Assembly (NCBI GenBank): GCA_050575255.1
Contig: JBNZDD010013599.1
Span: 1,801,053-1,865,052 of the forward strand
Origin: Harriotta raleighana
Lineage: Eukaryota
DNA: 64,000 bases
Direction of reading: 5' to 3'
The notes below the pieces were generated by a model. It saw only the letters and a list, made by a program, of their open reading frames with translations, ran no database searches and was not told where the DNA came from. The position numbers and the translations under genes are program-made. Shown here piece after piece: positions 36,490 through 48,632 of the stretch. The stretch's first letter is position 1, and every line of letters begins with the position of its first letter.

Positions 36490-36570
36490 TCAGAGAATCA
36501 GACGAATTTGGAGCACAGAAGGAGGCCAATTGGCCCATTCAGTCCTCGCTGGCTCCTAGAGCTCTCGCTA
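36490..36570 (-). mobile_element. CR1-clade 3' terminus fragment
   Basis: agaatca..agcacagaaggaggccaattggcccattcagtcc..gctggctc resembles the antisense CR1 end (cagcacagaaggaggccattcggcccatcgagtc). Confidence 0.6.
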
Positions 36571-37389
36571 TAGCTCTCGTGTTGTGCTCTGTCCTATTTC
36601 CTGTGGGTTAACAGTGCCTCTGTTTTGTGCACAGTGCGCCTGAAGAGAGTATTTTCTGTCCTCCCAGATTGTTAAATCCACACCGCCTGCTGATTCAGTG
36701 ATACCACGAGACATTCAGTGACACCAGTCAATCCCAGCCAGAAAAATGTTGAGCATTTACAGAGTAGGTTTGACTTCTTTTGGACTCCATATTTTACTTG
36801 CAGCTACTGCAGACAATACCTCAATAAAAAGGGGGTGGGTGGGGGGGTGCGGGTGGGGGTGTGGGGGAAGCAAATACATGGAATTAATGATGGTGGGAAA
36901 CGATTTGGTTCTCAAAGTCTCATTCGGAACTTCACTGCTGCAGTGGACCCATTGAATCAAAACACCAAATTATAATTCGCTGGAGATCATACAGTATTAT
37001 TTATGAAGTCATAGACCATTTAAATAGCTGGTGTGACTTACCCAGATAGCCAGGAAGCTAAATGCCCAAGATAACCTTTCTTCTATCATTTAAGAGTTTC
37101 TTTTGTAAAACGGGAGCCAAAGACGTTAAATGTAACCAATGCTCTGAGTGGCTCATGTCGAGAGTTGTTCACACCGATGCTTTTTACGTGCAGCCCCCCA
37201 ACCCGGCTTACGGGGTCTATAGACCTATTCTTCCCTTTCTGTGGGCAGTGAATTTATAGCAACTCTTTAATTGATTCCAACAAGCTTAAGTATGAACCAA
37301 ATCTGCAATATTAATAGGCTTTTCTTCTTCGCTGCCACGTATAGAGTGACGGACTTAAAATAAGTCACGCATGAAAATAATAAAATATG

Positions 37390-37555
37390 AATTGGGTCGC
37401 TCAATCTCTACGATTGTTTTGGGGGGGGACACACCGCTGTGCGGAATTGGCTGTTGAGTTTTGTCCAGAAAATTTACAGTCAGTACACTTTCCAATATAT
37501 CCTGTGCTTTCTCAAAAACGTGATTAGACACGATGTCAAATGCAAGGATTATTAC
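37390..37555 (+). mobile_element. SINE 3' half
   Basis: ggtcgctcaatctctacgattgttt..gctgtgcggaattggctg..tacagtcagtacacttt..tcaaatgcaaggattatta. Confidence 0.75.
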
Positions 37556-38713
37556 AAGTATTACAGTATATTACAGTAGTCACGATGAAAATTATTTTCT
37601 GACAAGTGGATGCTTTTGTACTCTTAAAGGAACGCTGTCCTTTGGGGGGGCGTTGTTTGTTCTTGAACAAGCTGCATTGCTTTATGTCGACCTGAGTCTT
37701 GGATAATTTGTAGTTCAAGTTAAACACTGTGGCTGGACAAGACTGGGCACAGATCCAAATGCCTCCAGCAACGTTTCCAATAAAAAAAAACACTAGGTTC
37801 TGGGCTGATCCGAAACCTGCCCAAAAGCTCCTCAGAGCAGTAACAAGGTCTCCATTAGAATACCCCTTGTTTCCCTGATCAGTTGTGAAGTTGTTGTTCT
37901 GGTAACCCAATCCTGGATTGCCATGACACATCTTAACATGCTTTCTTGCTTTGGTTCTTTTTCTGTGCACTTGAAATATTTTACATGCATTTATTTGTTT
38001 CTTGGAAGTTTTCATTGAGGTCTATTGAAACTCGGGCAGAGGCATCAAGGCCCCTGATAGAACAAAAGACCCAAGGCAACTTTGTGTGACGATATGCACT
38101 GTACCCTCAGTAGATTTAAGTCCTTCAGAGATACCCATAGTGTGTCATAATGAGTTACATGATATGGTGAATGCCAATGCGACACAGCATAAACAAATCA
38201 AGACCCAAGGTCTCACAGCTTGAATAGGGAGGCTTGTAATGAGGATGACGCCTAAGAATTTATGCTATCTCGGAGGCGTTTACTATAAATTTACACTGAG
38301 TTTTATTTCATGGGTGTGTGTTGTAATTTCACTGCTCAGCGACTGCGTTGAAGTTAAAATCTATAATATACTCCTATGAATTATCATGTAATGTTCTGAC
38401 CCAGAACCCATTTAGAAAAAAGTACCAATTAATCCCCTTTGCCAGGCGTAGACTGCAGCCCTGACTTGACAGTAAATTACTGAGATTCTTTCGCTCACGC
38501 AAAGCGATGGTGCTCCCAATGTCTGCCACCCTCTGTGCATAATAACTGGCTGATCTATACATTAAGAAATCCCGTCAGACGACCAAATCATGCTCCGATG
38601 TGTGCTGAAATCTAGTGCACAATGCGCTAAGACGCATCTAGCAATACTCCCTGATCACTGTTTTCTGTAGCATTATTTTCATGTCAAAAACGCCCTTTCA
38701 CGTGTGAAAATCG

Positions 38714-38995
38714 TATTGATATTCCTTGCATTCGATATAGCGCTTTTCACGCATTCTAGACGTCTCAAAGCCCCTCACAGAAGATACCGTAAGGGTGAAT
38801 TGACTGTACTTTCTGCGGGCAAATCGTGGCAGCCATTTGCGCACAGCAGCGTCCCACAAAAATGTTTTCTTTTCTTGGGGAATTATTATCAGGTGTGTGG
38901 AGCAAGGAGACTTGCCCAAGATTTTGCCCTGCCAGGAATCGAACCCAAGTCTCTCACTCGCAAGGCGAGTGCTCTAACCACCGAGCTGCAGGAAT
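38714..38995 (-). mobile_element. tRNA-derived SINE, full length with internal deletion
   Basis: ccttgcattcgatatagcgcttttcac..ggcagccatttgcgcacagcagcgtcccac..ggaatcgaaccc (B box)..gctctaaccaccgagctgcagga (A box). Confidence 0.93.
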
Positions 38996-39369
38996 CACTT
39001 AAAATGACAGTTTTTCTTCTTTTGTGCTTTTTAGCAAAGTATTCAAACGCTTTTGTTCGTTTCACAAATTATTCACACATGTTCTGACACACCCGGAAAG
39101 TAGGTGGGATGGGGCAAGCACACTGGATTGAAACACTTCAGTCGAATGCAATACTCTGTCCTTCCTAGACGTTTGGACAAGAGCAAAACACAATGACCTT
39201 GAATGATAAAGAAAGGCCTTAGAAAGCAAATACTCATCTACAACTCTTTTTTTTTAAAAGGAACAAAAGTACATTGTTTTACTGCTCCCTCGGCGGCTTG
39301 AATGTCCGGCGAGCTTATGCAGTAAACAGTTGAATCAGATACATCCTGAAAATCCCAAGCTAGAAGTCA

Positions 39370-39515
39370 GTTCACATTGAATTTGCTGGTTTGGGGGCCT
39401 CACTGCTTTGAGTTAGGAAGGGGAAAAGCACAAAATATCCCTACTCTCGATTCCTATGATTTTCCTTGTGAAACGTTGCTCCTGTATGGGAAGCAAAGGA
39501 TCTGGCTTAGCTGGA
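39370..39515 (+). repeat. Ancient degenerate interspersed repeat, possibly the same family as 2210-2400
   Basis: ggcctcactgctttgagttaggaaggggaaaa..ccctactctcgattc..aggatctggcttagctg. Confidence 0.35.
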
Positions 39516-40059
39516 GAGGATGAGTGGAAGTCTCCTATGTGGGGGGAGGCGCAGTGGTATCTCAGGAAAAGATGCAACAGTAAACTTTCTGGATGTCGTT
39601 AATCAGTAGGAGGAAAGGATTAATGATAAGGGGGTGTCATTGACCCCCATCTCACACATAGAGCAAAGTTACAAGGGTGGAACAGGGCTGTAGGATGTGA
39701 TTTTAACAAATATCTTAAAGTTGGAATACTCAAACAATCCATATTAACGGAAAAAATCAAACAAGAGAAGCAGATTTCGGAAACCCAGAGAGGAAAGGAA
39801 GGGACAAAAACTCTGGCAGGCAGTTAAAATTAGTTCAAAGGAAGATTAAAAATTACAGAGGGCCCTAGAGTTAAGTAAAGATGTGAAGCATAATACAGTC
39901 CTAAGGAAATTCCTTCAGCATCGTAACACGCAGAGTGGAAGTTAACACTCTTAACAAGAAAATTGGCAGGATTAAAATGGGCTTTCGCTCGCTGGTTCTC
40001 CTGACATATTCAAAATCAACGCAGCACAGGAACTTGAAACAAGCTCAGGGAGATCGCCA

Positions 40060-40320
40060 AACAACAAACTCCCTGGACCAGATGGTACTGAACAAGAGTC
40101 CTCGAGTGCTAAAGGTAACCACGGAGAATATTTATGGGGCTTTGACTGACATCATTCCTGAGCGTCCGGTGAGGCTTCACAGCACTAGAGGCGGATTGGT
40201 GTAAACACCACTGCTAAGACGGGGGAACCAAACCGAGGGAGGCAGTCAATTGCCAGATCAATATCCTCAGAACAATAATATCTCAAAAAATAGGGTCCAT
40301 TTGGAGGGATTTGTTGAGGA
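40060..40320 (+). mobile_element. Decayed CR1 ORF2 fragment
   Basis: ccctggaccagatggt (PGPDG) then cctcgagtgctaaag.. reading PRVLKVTTENIYGALTDII (cf. KSPGPDG.HPRVLKE...I..AL..IF). Confidence 0.7.
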
Positions 40321-40344
40321 AGCGAGTACCTCTACTGCAACAGC

Positions 40345-40667
40345 AATAATACTGTAATAATAATCTTTGCATTTGATAAGAGCGCTTTTCACGTCTTCTA
40401 GACGTCTAGAAAGCGCTTCACAGAATATACTGAAAAGTGAATTCGCTGTTTATTTGTGGGCCAAATGCGGCAGCCAATTGCTCACAGCAGTGTCCCCACA
40501 AAACAGTCGTGGATTGAAATGACCAATTTTATTATTGTTCTTTTTGAGGGGTTATTATTAGGCGTGTGAAGTAAGGAAACTTGCCCAAGGTTTCGTCCTG
40601 CCTGGATTCGAATGCAGGTCTCGAATGCTTGTAAGGCCTGCCCTAAGCATTGAGCTATAGGACTCCA
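40345..40667 (-). mobile_element. tRNA-derived SINE, full length
   Basis: ttgcatttgataagagcgcttttcacgtc..gcggcagccaattgctcacagcagtgtcccc..ggattcgaa..tgagctataggactcc. Confidence 0.93.
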
Positions 40668-43569
40668 CAACTTAATGAGATAATGTGGGAAGGTTACATC
40701 TAGAAGATCTAATGGATATGCCAGATCAAGTGGACAGGAATCCTCAACAATGCTTCATTGGAATGAAATCAGCCTTCGCATGAACAAGGTTTGAGAAATG
40801 TTTGCTGTTTATAGGCATTAAAGGATTATTAAAATGAATGAATCTCAACTCAACGAAATTGGGATTGCAACTGTCTTCGACACAAAATGTTCATCTGTCA
40901 TCGTTCAAAGGCATAAATCACCTTATGTCTTAGGGTGAAGTTCACAATACTATAAATGGGACAGCAATCAACGTCCACAATCAAACCATCTTCCTTTGGA
41001 TAAAATCATACAATAATGGCGACTATAAAACAAGAAGCTGACAACCAAAGAGAACAAGTCTTGATTTTTGCCCGTCAGTAAAAGTATTAGACATGCAATG
41101 TGGCTGAACCTCTCTGACAAAAATAAGTTAAGAAAAGAAAATGCAAATCTAAAAGCAACAACTGAGGAAATCTCCAAATGACATTGCACTCTTTTAGATC
41201 ATTGTCCTGTGATATTATACGCAGTAGGGGAAACCAAGAAGCACAATTGTATTTCTGAATACATTGTGCTCGATCCTATGAACTGACCTTCATTCCAGAG
41301 GAAACGCCCTATAAGAACAGGCGCTATTTATAGTTTTGTTTTCTGGCCTCGTAGGCAATAAATATGGTGGGAATGTCGATTATCAGGAACAGCCATCTTG
41401 TCTGTGCAAGAACAGTCGTTTTTTTTTAATATAAAACGGCCTATTGTCTGAAATTGGTAGTGTGGCAGCAGAGAGAGGTGTTGAATTCATCAAGCGATTA
41501 CAATAAGCAACGCCACGAAAAAGGATAATAAAATCTAAATCTCATTGGTTCCACCTCGATTTCTTCATCTGCATAGAACTCTATAAACGCAGCATCTGTG
41601 TATTCCAATAATCAACGGGAAGAGACACAACGCTGTTGCTAATTCAATTTACATTCTCAAACCCATTCTACCATATATTTCATTCACTCGATACCTGGCC
41701 CCAATACAATAGAATGCTTCGCAAGTTTTTTTTTTTGAAAAAAAAATTAAAATTGGAACTATTCAATTTTGATAATGAGATTGGCGAGAACATTTTGCTG
41801 TCAAATCCCTCCTGATTTTGCCCCCGAACACCTGGATCATTGCATTCATTGCGATTTATTTGAAATCTTATTCTTACTGCTACCGATAAGGATCTCATCA
41901 GGTTTCCTGAGAGGATTTCTGTCCCATACACAGTTTTTGACAGGCGAGATATAAGGCACCATAATAGCTGCTGCTGAATGAATGAACCCTGCAAAATGTA
42001 CTTACCCTAAGTTATTTGTGACACTGAGACTGGTGAGAAAATCTGGCAAAGAATTCTCTGAGAGTGAATTTGCACTTGGTGTCAACTTCGGGTAATCCTG
42101 CCCACAGAAAACAGTCACTACACTACACTTGATAACAATGACAATTTTGTTTCGTCTAGTCTTTCCCTGGCTGCCTGAAGAAAGTAGTGGTGGTTTTACT
42201 CTTCAATGTGATTCTCATGGCAATGATTCTCTCCTTGCTGTTGGGTAAGGAGATGGTGAGCGACGTGGACAGGATCTTGGGGTTCTCAGATCTGGGAGGT
42301 TGCCACCAAAGCACAGGCAATGAGTTGACACAATCCGTTCTGTGGATAATGTACATTGCAGCTATCGCCAAGCGAAGGAAATGATTCTCGACACAAGTAG
42401 TTGGTACTGTGTGCTGATGAAGCAAACTGCTTTGACCTAGTGACGTTGAGGTACGCTGACACATGGGTATCCTCTCTTTCCTTCATCCCTGGTTCGAAAT
42501 AGCACTACCAAAAGTAGAACGACGCTCCCTTTATTCTGAATGCGATATGAATGCTGACTGCTCCTGTGAGTACTTTACACAAATAGATTTGTGTCGGGGT
42601 GGAGTTCCCATAGGGTGGCATCATGATACACTTCCAGTAACTATCAGAAGTTGCTATTTGTGATGCACAGTCACTATTAGGGACTGTTCTGAATTTTGGC
42701 ATGCGAGATCCATTGTGTAATAAATGCTTGTTGTATTGAAAGCAAGAATTCCAACACAATGCCTCACAGCGAACACAAAACCCAAATGCTGTAGCCAACG
42801 TTTCCCGTATTTTGATGCTTTTTGTAATTTTGCTATTAAAGCAGCCAAATTTATTGTATGTAAATTATAGACAATTAGTTGTAACTATGCCCTTTCAGAA
42901 TTGTTTATCCAAAATTCACTGAACGGGATTTTTGTTTGCCTGAGCGAAATAATTGATTTGCATACGTGTATTTGCATATATGTTAATAACTAAAGACTGA
43001 GATGAGAAAGCCACAATCATTTTCAGATAAATCCTCCGACAATTATGTTTTCTACAGAGTGAAGCACAGGGATATGAATACATTTGCAAACAAAGGAGCT
43101 CTCTAGCAGTTTATGTGTTAGTCTAAATACAAAAATGTTAGCGAATGTCTGAATTACTTGCAATTTCCTCATAAAGGTTCATTTTAGGTTGATCAGGAAA
43201 TCTCATTAAATATTTTACCATGTTTTAGTGGACAATGTGATAGTTCAGATGGGGTTCAAACCCCTAAATTAATCTGAATATGTTTAGTTCACCCTAGTCA
43301 GCCAAAGCTTAGTACTGTACTGTAGCTCAGACAAAATGGATTTTTAAAAAATACAGCATAGATATATTTAATGGGCATCTGGGGAAATGTGTGCTTACTA
43401 CATTCACAGACAAAGGGAAGTGTCATTCAGTATCAGCCCAGTGCAAACACTTTTAACCATGGTGATTGGTTTCCGCGTGTTTCAGAACTGAAAGCTGACC
43501 AAAAATACAAATGCGGACATTTAGGTTTATTGGGAGAAATATCATCTGCATGCCCTACACACTATATAA

Positions 43570-43782
43570 CAATACTTCCATTTGATATAATGCTTTTTAC
43601 GTCTCAAAGCGCTTCACAGAATACACTGTAAAGTGAATCGACTATATATTTTGTGGGTGGAATGAAACGCAGCAGCCAATTGAGCACATCTGTGTCCCAC
43701 CAACAGTCGTGGATTGAGTGATCAATTTTTAAAAAAAAAATTCTTGCGGGTTCATCATCAGGCATGTGGAGTGAGGAACGTT
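43570..43782 (-). mobile_element. SINE lacking the tRNA head
   Basis: catttgatataatgc..gtctcaaagcgcttcacag..gcagccaattgagcac..acagtcgtggattga..caggcatgtggagtgaggaa. Confidence 0.88.
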
Positions 43783-43917
43783 GTATGTACAAGGAGCTAG
43801 TCAGTTACCGCTGAAAGTCAGGCGAGTGAAGTGCTTCGGAAATAGAAATTGGGGCCATAATATTATAGGTGGGAATACAGTAAACAGGGGCAGATTCTTA
43901 GGTCGGGCAGCCTACCT

Positions 43918-44040
43918 TAATAATAATAAGAAGAAGAATCCTTGCATTTAATATAGCGCTTTTCACGTCTTCTAAAGCGTTTCACAGTATATATATATTG
44001 GAAAGTGAATTAAATGTATATTTGTGGGCGAAACGTGGCT
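43918..44040 (-). mobile_element. SINE 3' fragment
   Basis: ccttgcatttaatatagcgcttttcacgtc..gtatatttgtgggcgaaacgtggc. Confidence 0.85.
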
Positions 44041-47000
44041 GTAGTCTACTTGGTGGGGAGTATCAAGGACAAGGTCAGCCTGATTATTATTCTGACGGCA
44101 GAGATAATTACTGTAATTTCACGCATATTTCTACCTGAAAGAAACACAAATCATTAGAATAAAACGCAAAATGAAAAGGCATTTCAATGGACTGCTACCT
44201 CGCATTTTGACACGAAAGCCTGACGTATCGTTAGGAGAAAGCCTGTTGCGGCAAAGAACCGCAGAAAGCTTTCTCCGCAGAAAGATGTCCACATGATTGA
44301 ACGGAGCATCACGTTGCCGCACATTTACAGGGAACGTGAATAAGCAGGCAGAACAATAAAGCCAATGCAAGCCGCAAAATGTGGTCGTTACACAAGGATA
44401 TAATTGTCATGGCAACATGACATTTTGATGTTATTATTGTCTACTGTTTGCTGCGAGTGTTTGTGTTAATTAATGCCTTCAACGCCAAAGACCAATACAT
44501 CTCCTGCAAATATTTGTAGATAGGTACGTGTTGTCTTTTAATAGTTGGGCCATTCCCTGCCAAGAGCAGACGTGCGGATGGATGTCAGAGCAGCAGAACG
44601 AGGTGAAGCCTCGGGAGCAATCAGATAGTCACACAAAACGCCAAGAAAGCATGAAAGATTGGCAAATAAACTAACCAGCCAGGAACCCTAACAAAGCTCT
44701 GACAAGCTTTCAGATGCAAGGCTCTCGTAATCTTAAATCTCGGGTGTACCGATGAGGGAATGTTTAACGTAAGAATTCGACGTTAATCGAACAATTCCAA
44801 AAGTGCGCAATGAAAGCCCAAGTATTTCACTGTTGTTATTTCACATTCATTATAGCTTGCGAGTCACAAAGAGCAATTTCCATGTCTGCATTACTCCTTT
44901 TGAGTGCACGTAATGAGTACATCGCCAAACCTGTCGATGCTCCTGATCCACGCAGAGAGTAAAGTGAGATTAAACCGTGGCGACACACTGTGCAGTATAA
45001 ATCTTCAAGAAATGTTCGAGGCTGATCCATTTCGCTGGAATGTGGCATTTGAGAGAATCCTTTGGCGATTCTACACACATGGAAGAGACGTCCATGCCTT
45101 CTCCTTCAATTGGGAAACGCAAATTGGTTGTGAAATGAGCAAGTTATCTGCGCAGCGGATTAAAAACTGCATTGAAATAATAGGGCATGATCAGCCGTTG
45201 GCTTGCCAAGCATCAATCATTGCTTCCAAACCAATTGTGCCCCGTGTAGTCATTAGGATGAAGGATCAATGTTTTACTATTTATTTGAAGCACTGCAGAT
45301 CTTATAATATCCAAACAATAGCATGAGCAGAAGCATTCTGTACATTGATTGCCTGCCATTTAATGGATGGACCTCTGGCAGAGAGGCTGTGATGCATCTG
45401 TCAGTAGCAATTTGCGTCATTTATCTCTTGTATGATATTAGGATGCAGTAAATGCAGCAATTAATGTTGTAAATATTGATTTAGGTGGAAATTGATAAAA
45501 ACAAAGCAGCTGTATTCATATGTCATGAAAAATTTAAGTCTGTGGATCCTGACTGATTCGCCTCATTGACTCCAATTACAGCTATCCCGAGGTTGAGTTA
45601 AAAGAGACTCCAAACAGCTAGGCCTGTGAACCAGTTCAAGAATGATGTGGCATTTTAAATAGACAAGTCGACAAATTAGTGCGTTTTGAATCTCCGCAAA
45701 CTCAAACCAGGCTTTTGACAAGTCAGGGGGGAAAACAATCTCTCCTTATCTTATTGTAGCGCCCGTTGATTTCAGGCTGAGAAGGTAAGCGGACAACCCA
45801 CACCAGCGATTTCCAGTGGCTCTTGCAAGCCTCACTGGAAAAGGAGAGGTTGAACTCTGCTCGGTTGGTGGAGCCTTTACCAGTTCACTTCACTCAACGA
45901 AACCATACTCTCGCAACAGCTGAGAATTGCCCACCGCCATCTGGGGCAAATCCAAACGATGTGAGATTATTTGACTCCCTGTGACCGCGAATGGAAAGAG
46001 CCCGACAAGTCAATAAAGAAATTCCTTCAGCCAGTGTGCAGCAAAGGATCCAAATTCGCGCGTTTTCACCTCGGTGGCTACCTGCAAATACAGGATAGGC
46101 TGCGTATAAAATGTTTCCAGCCTCCTTCAGTGTCGGAAACATTTGATGGTTCTGGCGTACTGCTTCAAGAAGTACATTTGTTGCTCTCCACTCTGTTTGA
46201 TAAGTTTGCGAACTCGTCCTTATATGGGCAATGCTAATGCACTTTTTTTTAAAGTAGCGTTTTCAATTTGCACGCTTCCAGTCTTGTTAAACTTTAAGTG
46301 TTCATTAGAGTTATTCTGTGCAGTTGCTTCGTCTGTAATGTGGGTTTGGTGAAAGCGATTTATTACTGAGCAGCGCAGAACAGATGTAAACCAAACGACT
46401 GACATGGGAATGGCAGAAACAGAAATTAATTAGGCTCCTGGCATCAGGAAATATATTGGTCCTTCAGGTTTGTATTTTCTCAACATAATTTTGATGGCTT
46501 AATTTCTCGACCTCACTTCTCCAGTGTCTACACTTCCACGATTATTATTCAAAGGTTAAGTCATTACCATTGTATGTTGACCTATGTACAGGGACATGGT
46601 TGCAAATCTGTACCTCAGATTTAAAAAGTCACAAATGAGAATTACAGGTGTGGCTAGACACAATTTGACTTTGCAGTGATTCATTTTTGCACAAAATGTA
46701 CAACAATCTTACACTGGATCTGTTACTCTGAGGATTCAACCTGATGAAATGTTTGCCTAAACGCTTGCTAGGTTTGTACAATAATACTGTAAAGCTCTAA
46801 TTCTGAAATAAGTAGATACCCAAATTCTAATCGCTGTTGAATATTGTTTTAATTATGCTTTCCAATGGTATATATTATAAACTAAGTCCACATTTAATCG
46901 TGAGTGAAGGTAAACTGTAAATTGACCGGTGACCCGATCTTCAACGTAGATTTATTCAACCCATCTAGAGGTAATTCAAAGGCTGAAACTAGTTTACAAC

Positions 47001-47284
47001 ATAAGATCTTAGCAGGAAGAAGGTACATGAGCTCAGATATTATATCCTGGTCACACATTTAAGTGTTCTCCGAGTCTTTCAACACAGGCGATTTAAAGAA
47101 TTTCCATTATTTAAAATTGGAATTCAAAACTCATTTGGGTCACTTGTGTGGGAAGAGAACTCAATCAACAAAGAAGAGCTGTAAATAGGAAGAGACTAAT
47201 TCATTTCAATGTGGGAGGATCCACGATTGGCAGGCTCGAGAGACAAAATTGGTTCACTGCGAGACTTCTAATAGATTGCATAAA

Positions 47285-47455
47285 TGATCACAAAAGGGTG
47301 AAGAAGGCCCATTTGATCTTATCTTTCCAGGGCAACAAACTTGCTACACTCCTTTTGCATCAGTCCAAAGCCCTGGCCTGAACTATCCTTACTTGTTCTA
47401 GGCAAGAACTACTCTCTGGATGAAGAAATAACTTCCTGGTATCTGTCCTGAAAGG
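47285..47455 (-). mobile_element. Degenerate CR1 3' region
   Basis: gaagaaggcccattt..actactctctggatgaagaaataacttcctggtatctgtcctgaaa. Confidence 0.45.
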
Positions 47456-47496
47456 ATTTCCATACATCTCCCCAGCAGAACAGTTTACACCGTGAA

Positions 47497-47594
47497 TCTC
47501 CCCCCTTAACGTCCTGACTGTTTAGCGCCTTGGGACGTTCTCCCGACGTGAAAGGCGCTTTATAAATGTAATTTTGTTGTTGTTGTTGTTGTTG
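47497..47594 (+). mobile_element. L2 3' tail with (TTG)n
   Basis: cctgactgtttagcgccttgggacgttctcccgacgtgaaaggcgctttataaatgtaa(ttg)n, near-identical to the tail of the L2 at 5165-5230. Confidence 0.85.
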
Positions 47595-48519
47595 AACAAT
47601 GCTCAGAAACGACTCTCTTCAGCACTTTGGAGATCAGAGGAGGAAGGCAAAATGATTTAAAATAACACTACAAACTGAGAAAGGAAAGCTACTTGTTTGT
47701 CTGTTACAGTTTGCAGTTGCAATTCAAAGCTCTCTCCCACATGACTTTCTGAAATACTATGTTTTACCACAATCACTATATACCACTAATGTATTAATGC
47801 GAAACCTTAAAAGTGCTGATGCGAATGATAACGTAGAGAAACCAGTGGATGCGTACAAATTGTCCTTTTGTTTTTGCTTTAAAAGTCCAATTTAGTAATT
47901 ATTTGGGCAGGTGGATTGTGACAGTGCGAGCATTTCACTTTGAAATGCCTACAGGAAGAATTCTTCCTTCTCGTATTCTTCGCTCCCCATTGTAAATGTC
48001 TCAAGATCAAATCACAAATTAAAGTTTCCCATTCCCAGTGGAGCAATGGGATTCTTGACTGCATATTGAACAGAGTAGGAAAGGCAGCAGTCAGCTTGAT
48101 ATTTTAGGCTGACAACAGGTCGGAGTTGTCAGCGAAAGGAGATTTCAACGTTAACGTATTACCAAACACCCTGCATTTATGATACCATTTGCTGTGTAAT
48201 GAAATTAAATGAAAAGCCAGACAAATAGATGGGATGGGCCTTGGGGGTCGTGTGTCCTTGGGGGACATCTCCCCTTTACTCCTCCTCCCATCTCTCGCAT
48301 TTAACTCTGCGAAAGGCGATATATAAATGCAAGTCATTGTTTCCGAAATTCTCGGGATTTTATAGCTTTCAAATGGCTTAATGGGTTTTTTCTTCAAGAA
48401 ATAAACAAGTTGGAAATCACAATAAAAGAAGATTTGAAGCTGCAGTTGTGTCACTTAATGTTAATGTTAATTTGGTTGCAAAGTGCCAATATTAAAGCAG
48501 ATGCCAAATCATTAAAAAA

Positions 48520-48632
48520 AACTTTGCATTTGATATATTGACTTATCACACTGTTGAAATGTCTCAAAGGTATATATACATACTGTAATATACTGTAAAG
48601 TGAATTGACCATATACTTTGTGGGTGAAAGCA
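48520..48632 (-). mobile_element. SINE 3' fragment
   Basis: ttgcatttgatata..atgtctcaaag..atactgtaaagtgaattgaccatatactttgtgggtgaaa. Confidence 0.75.
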
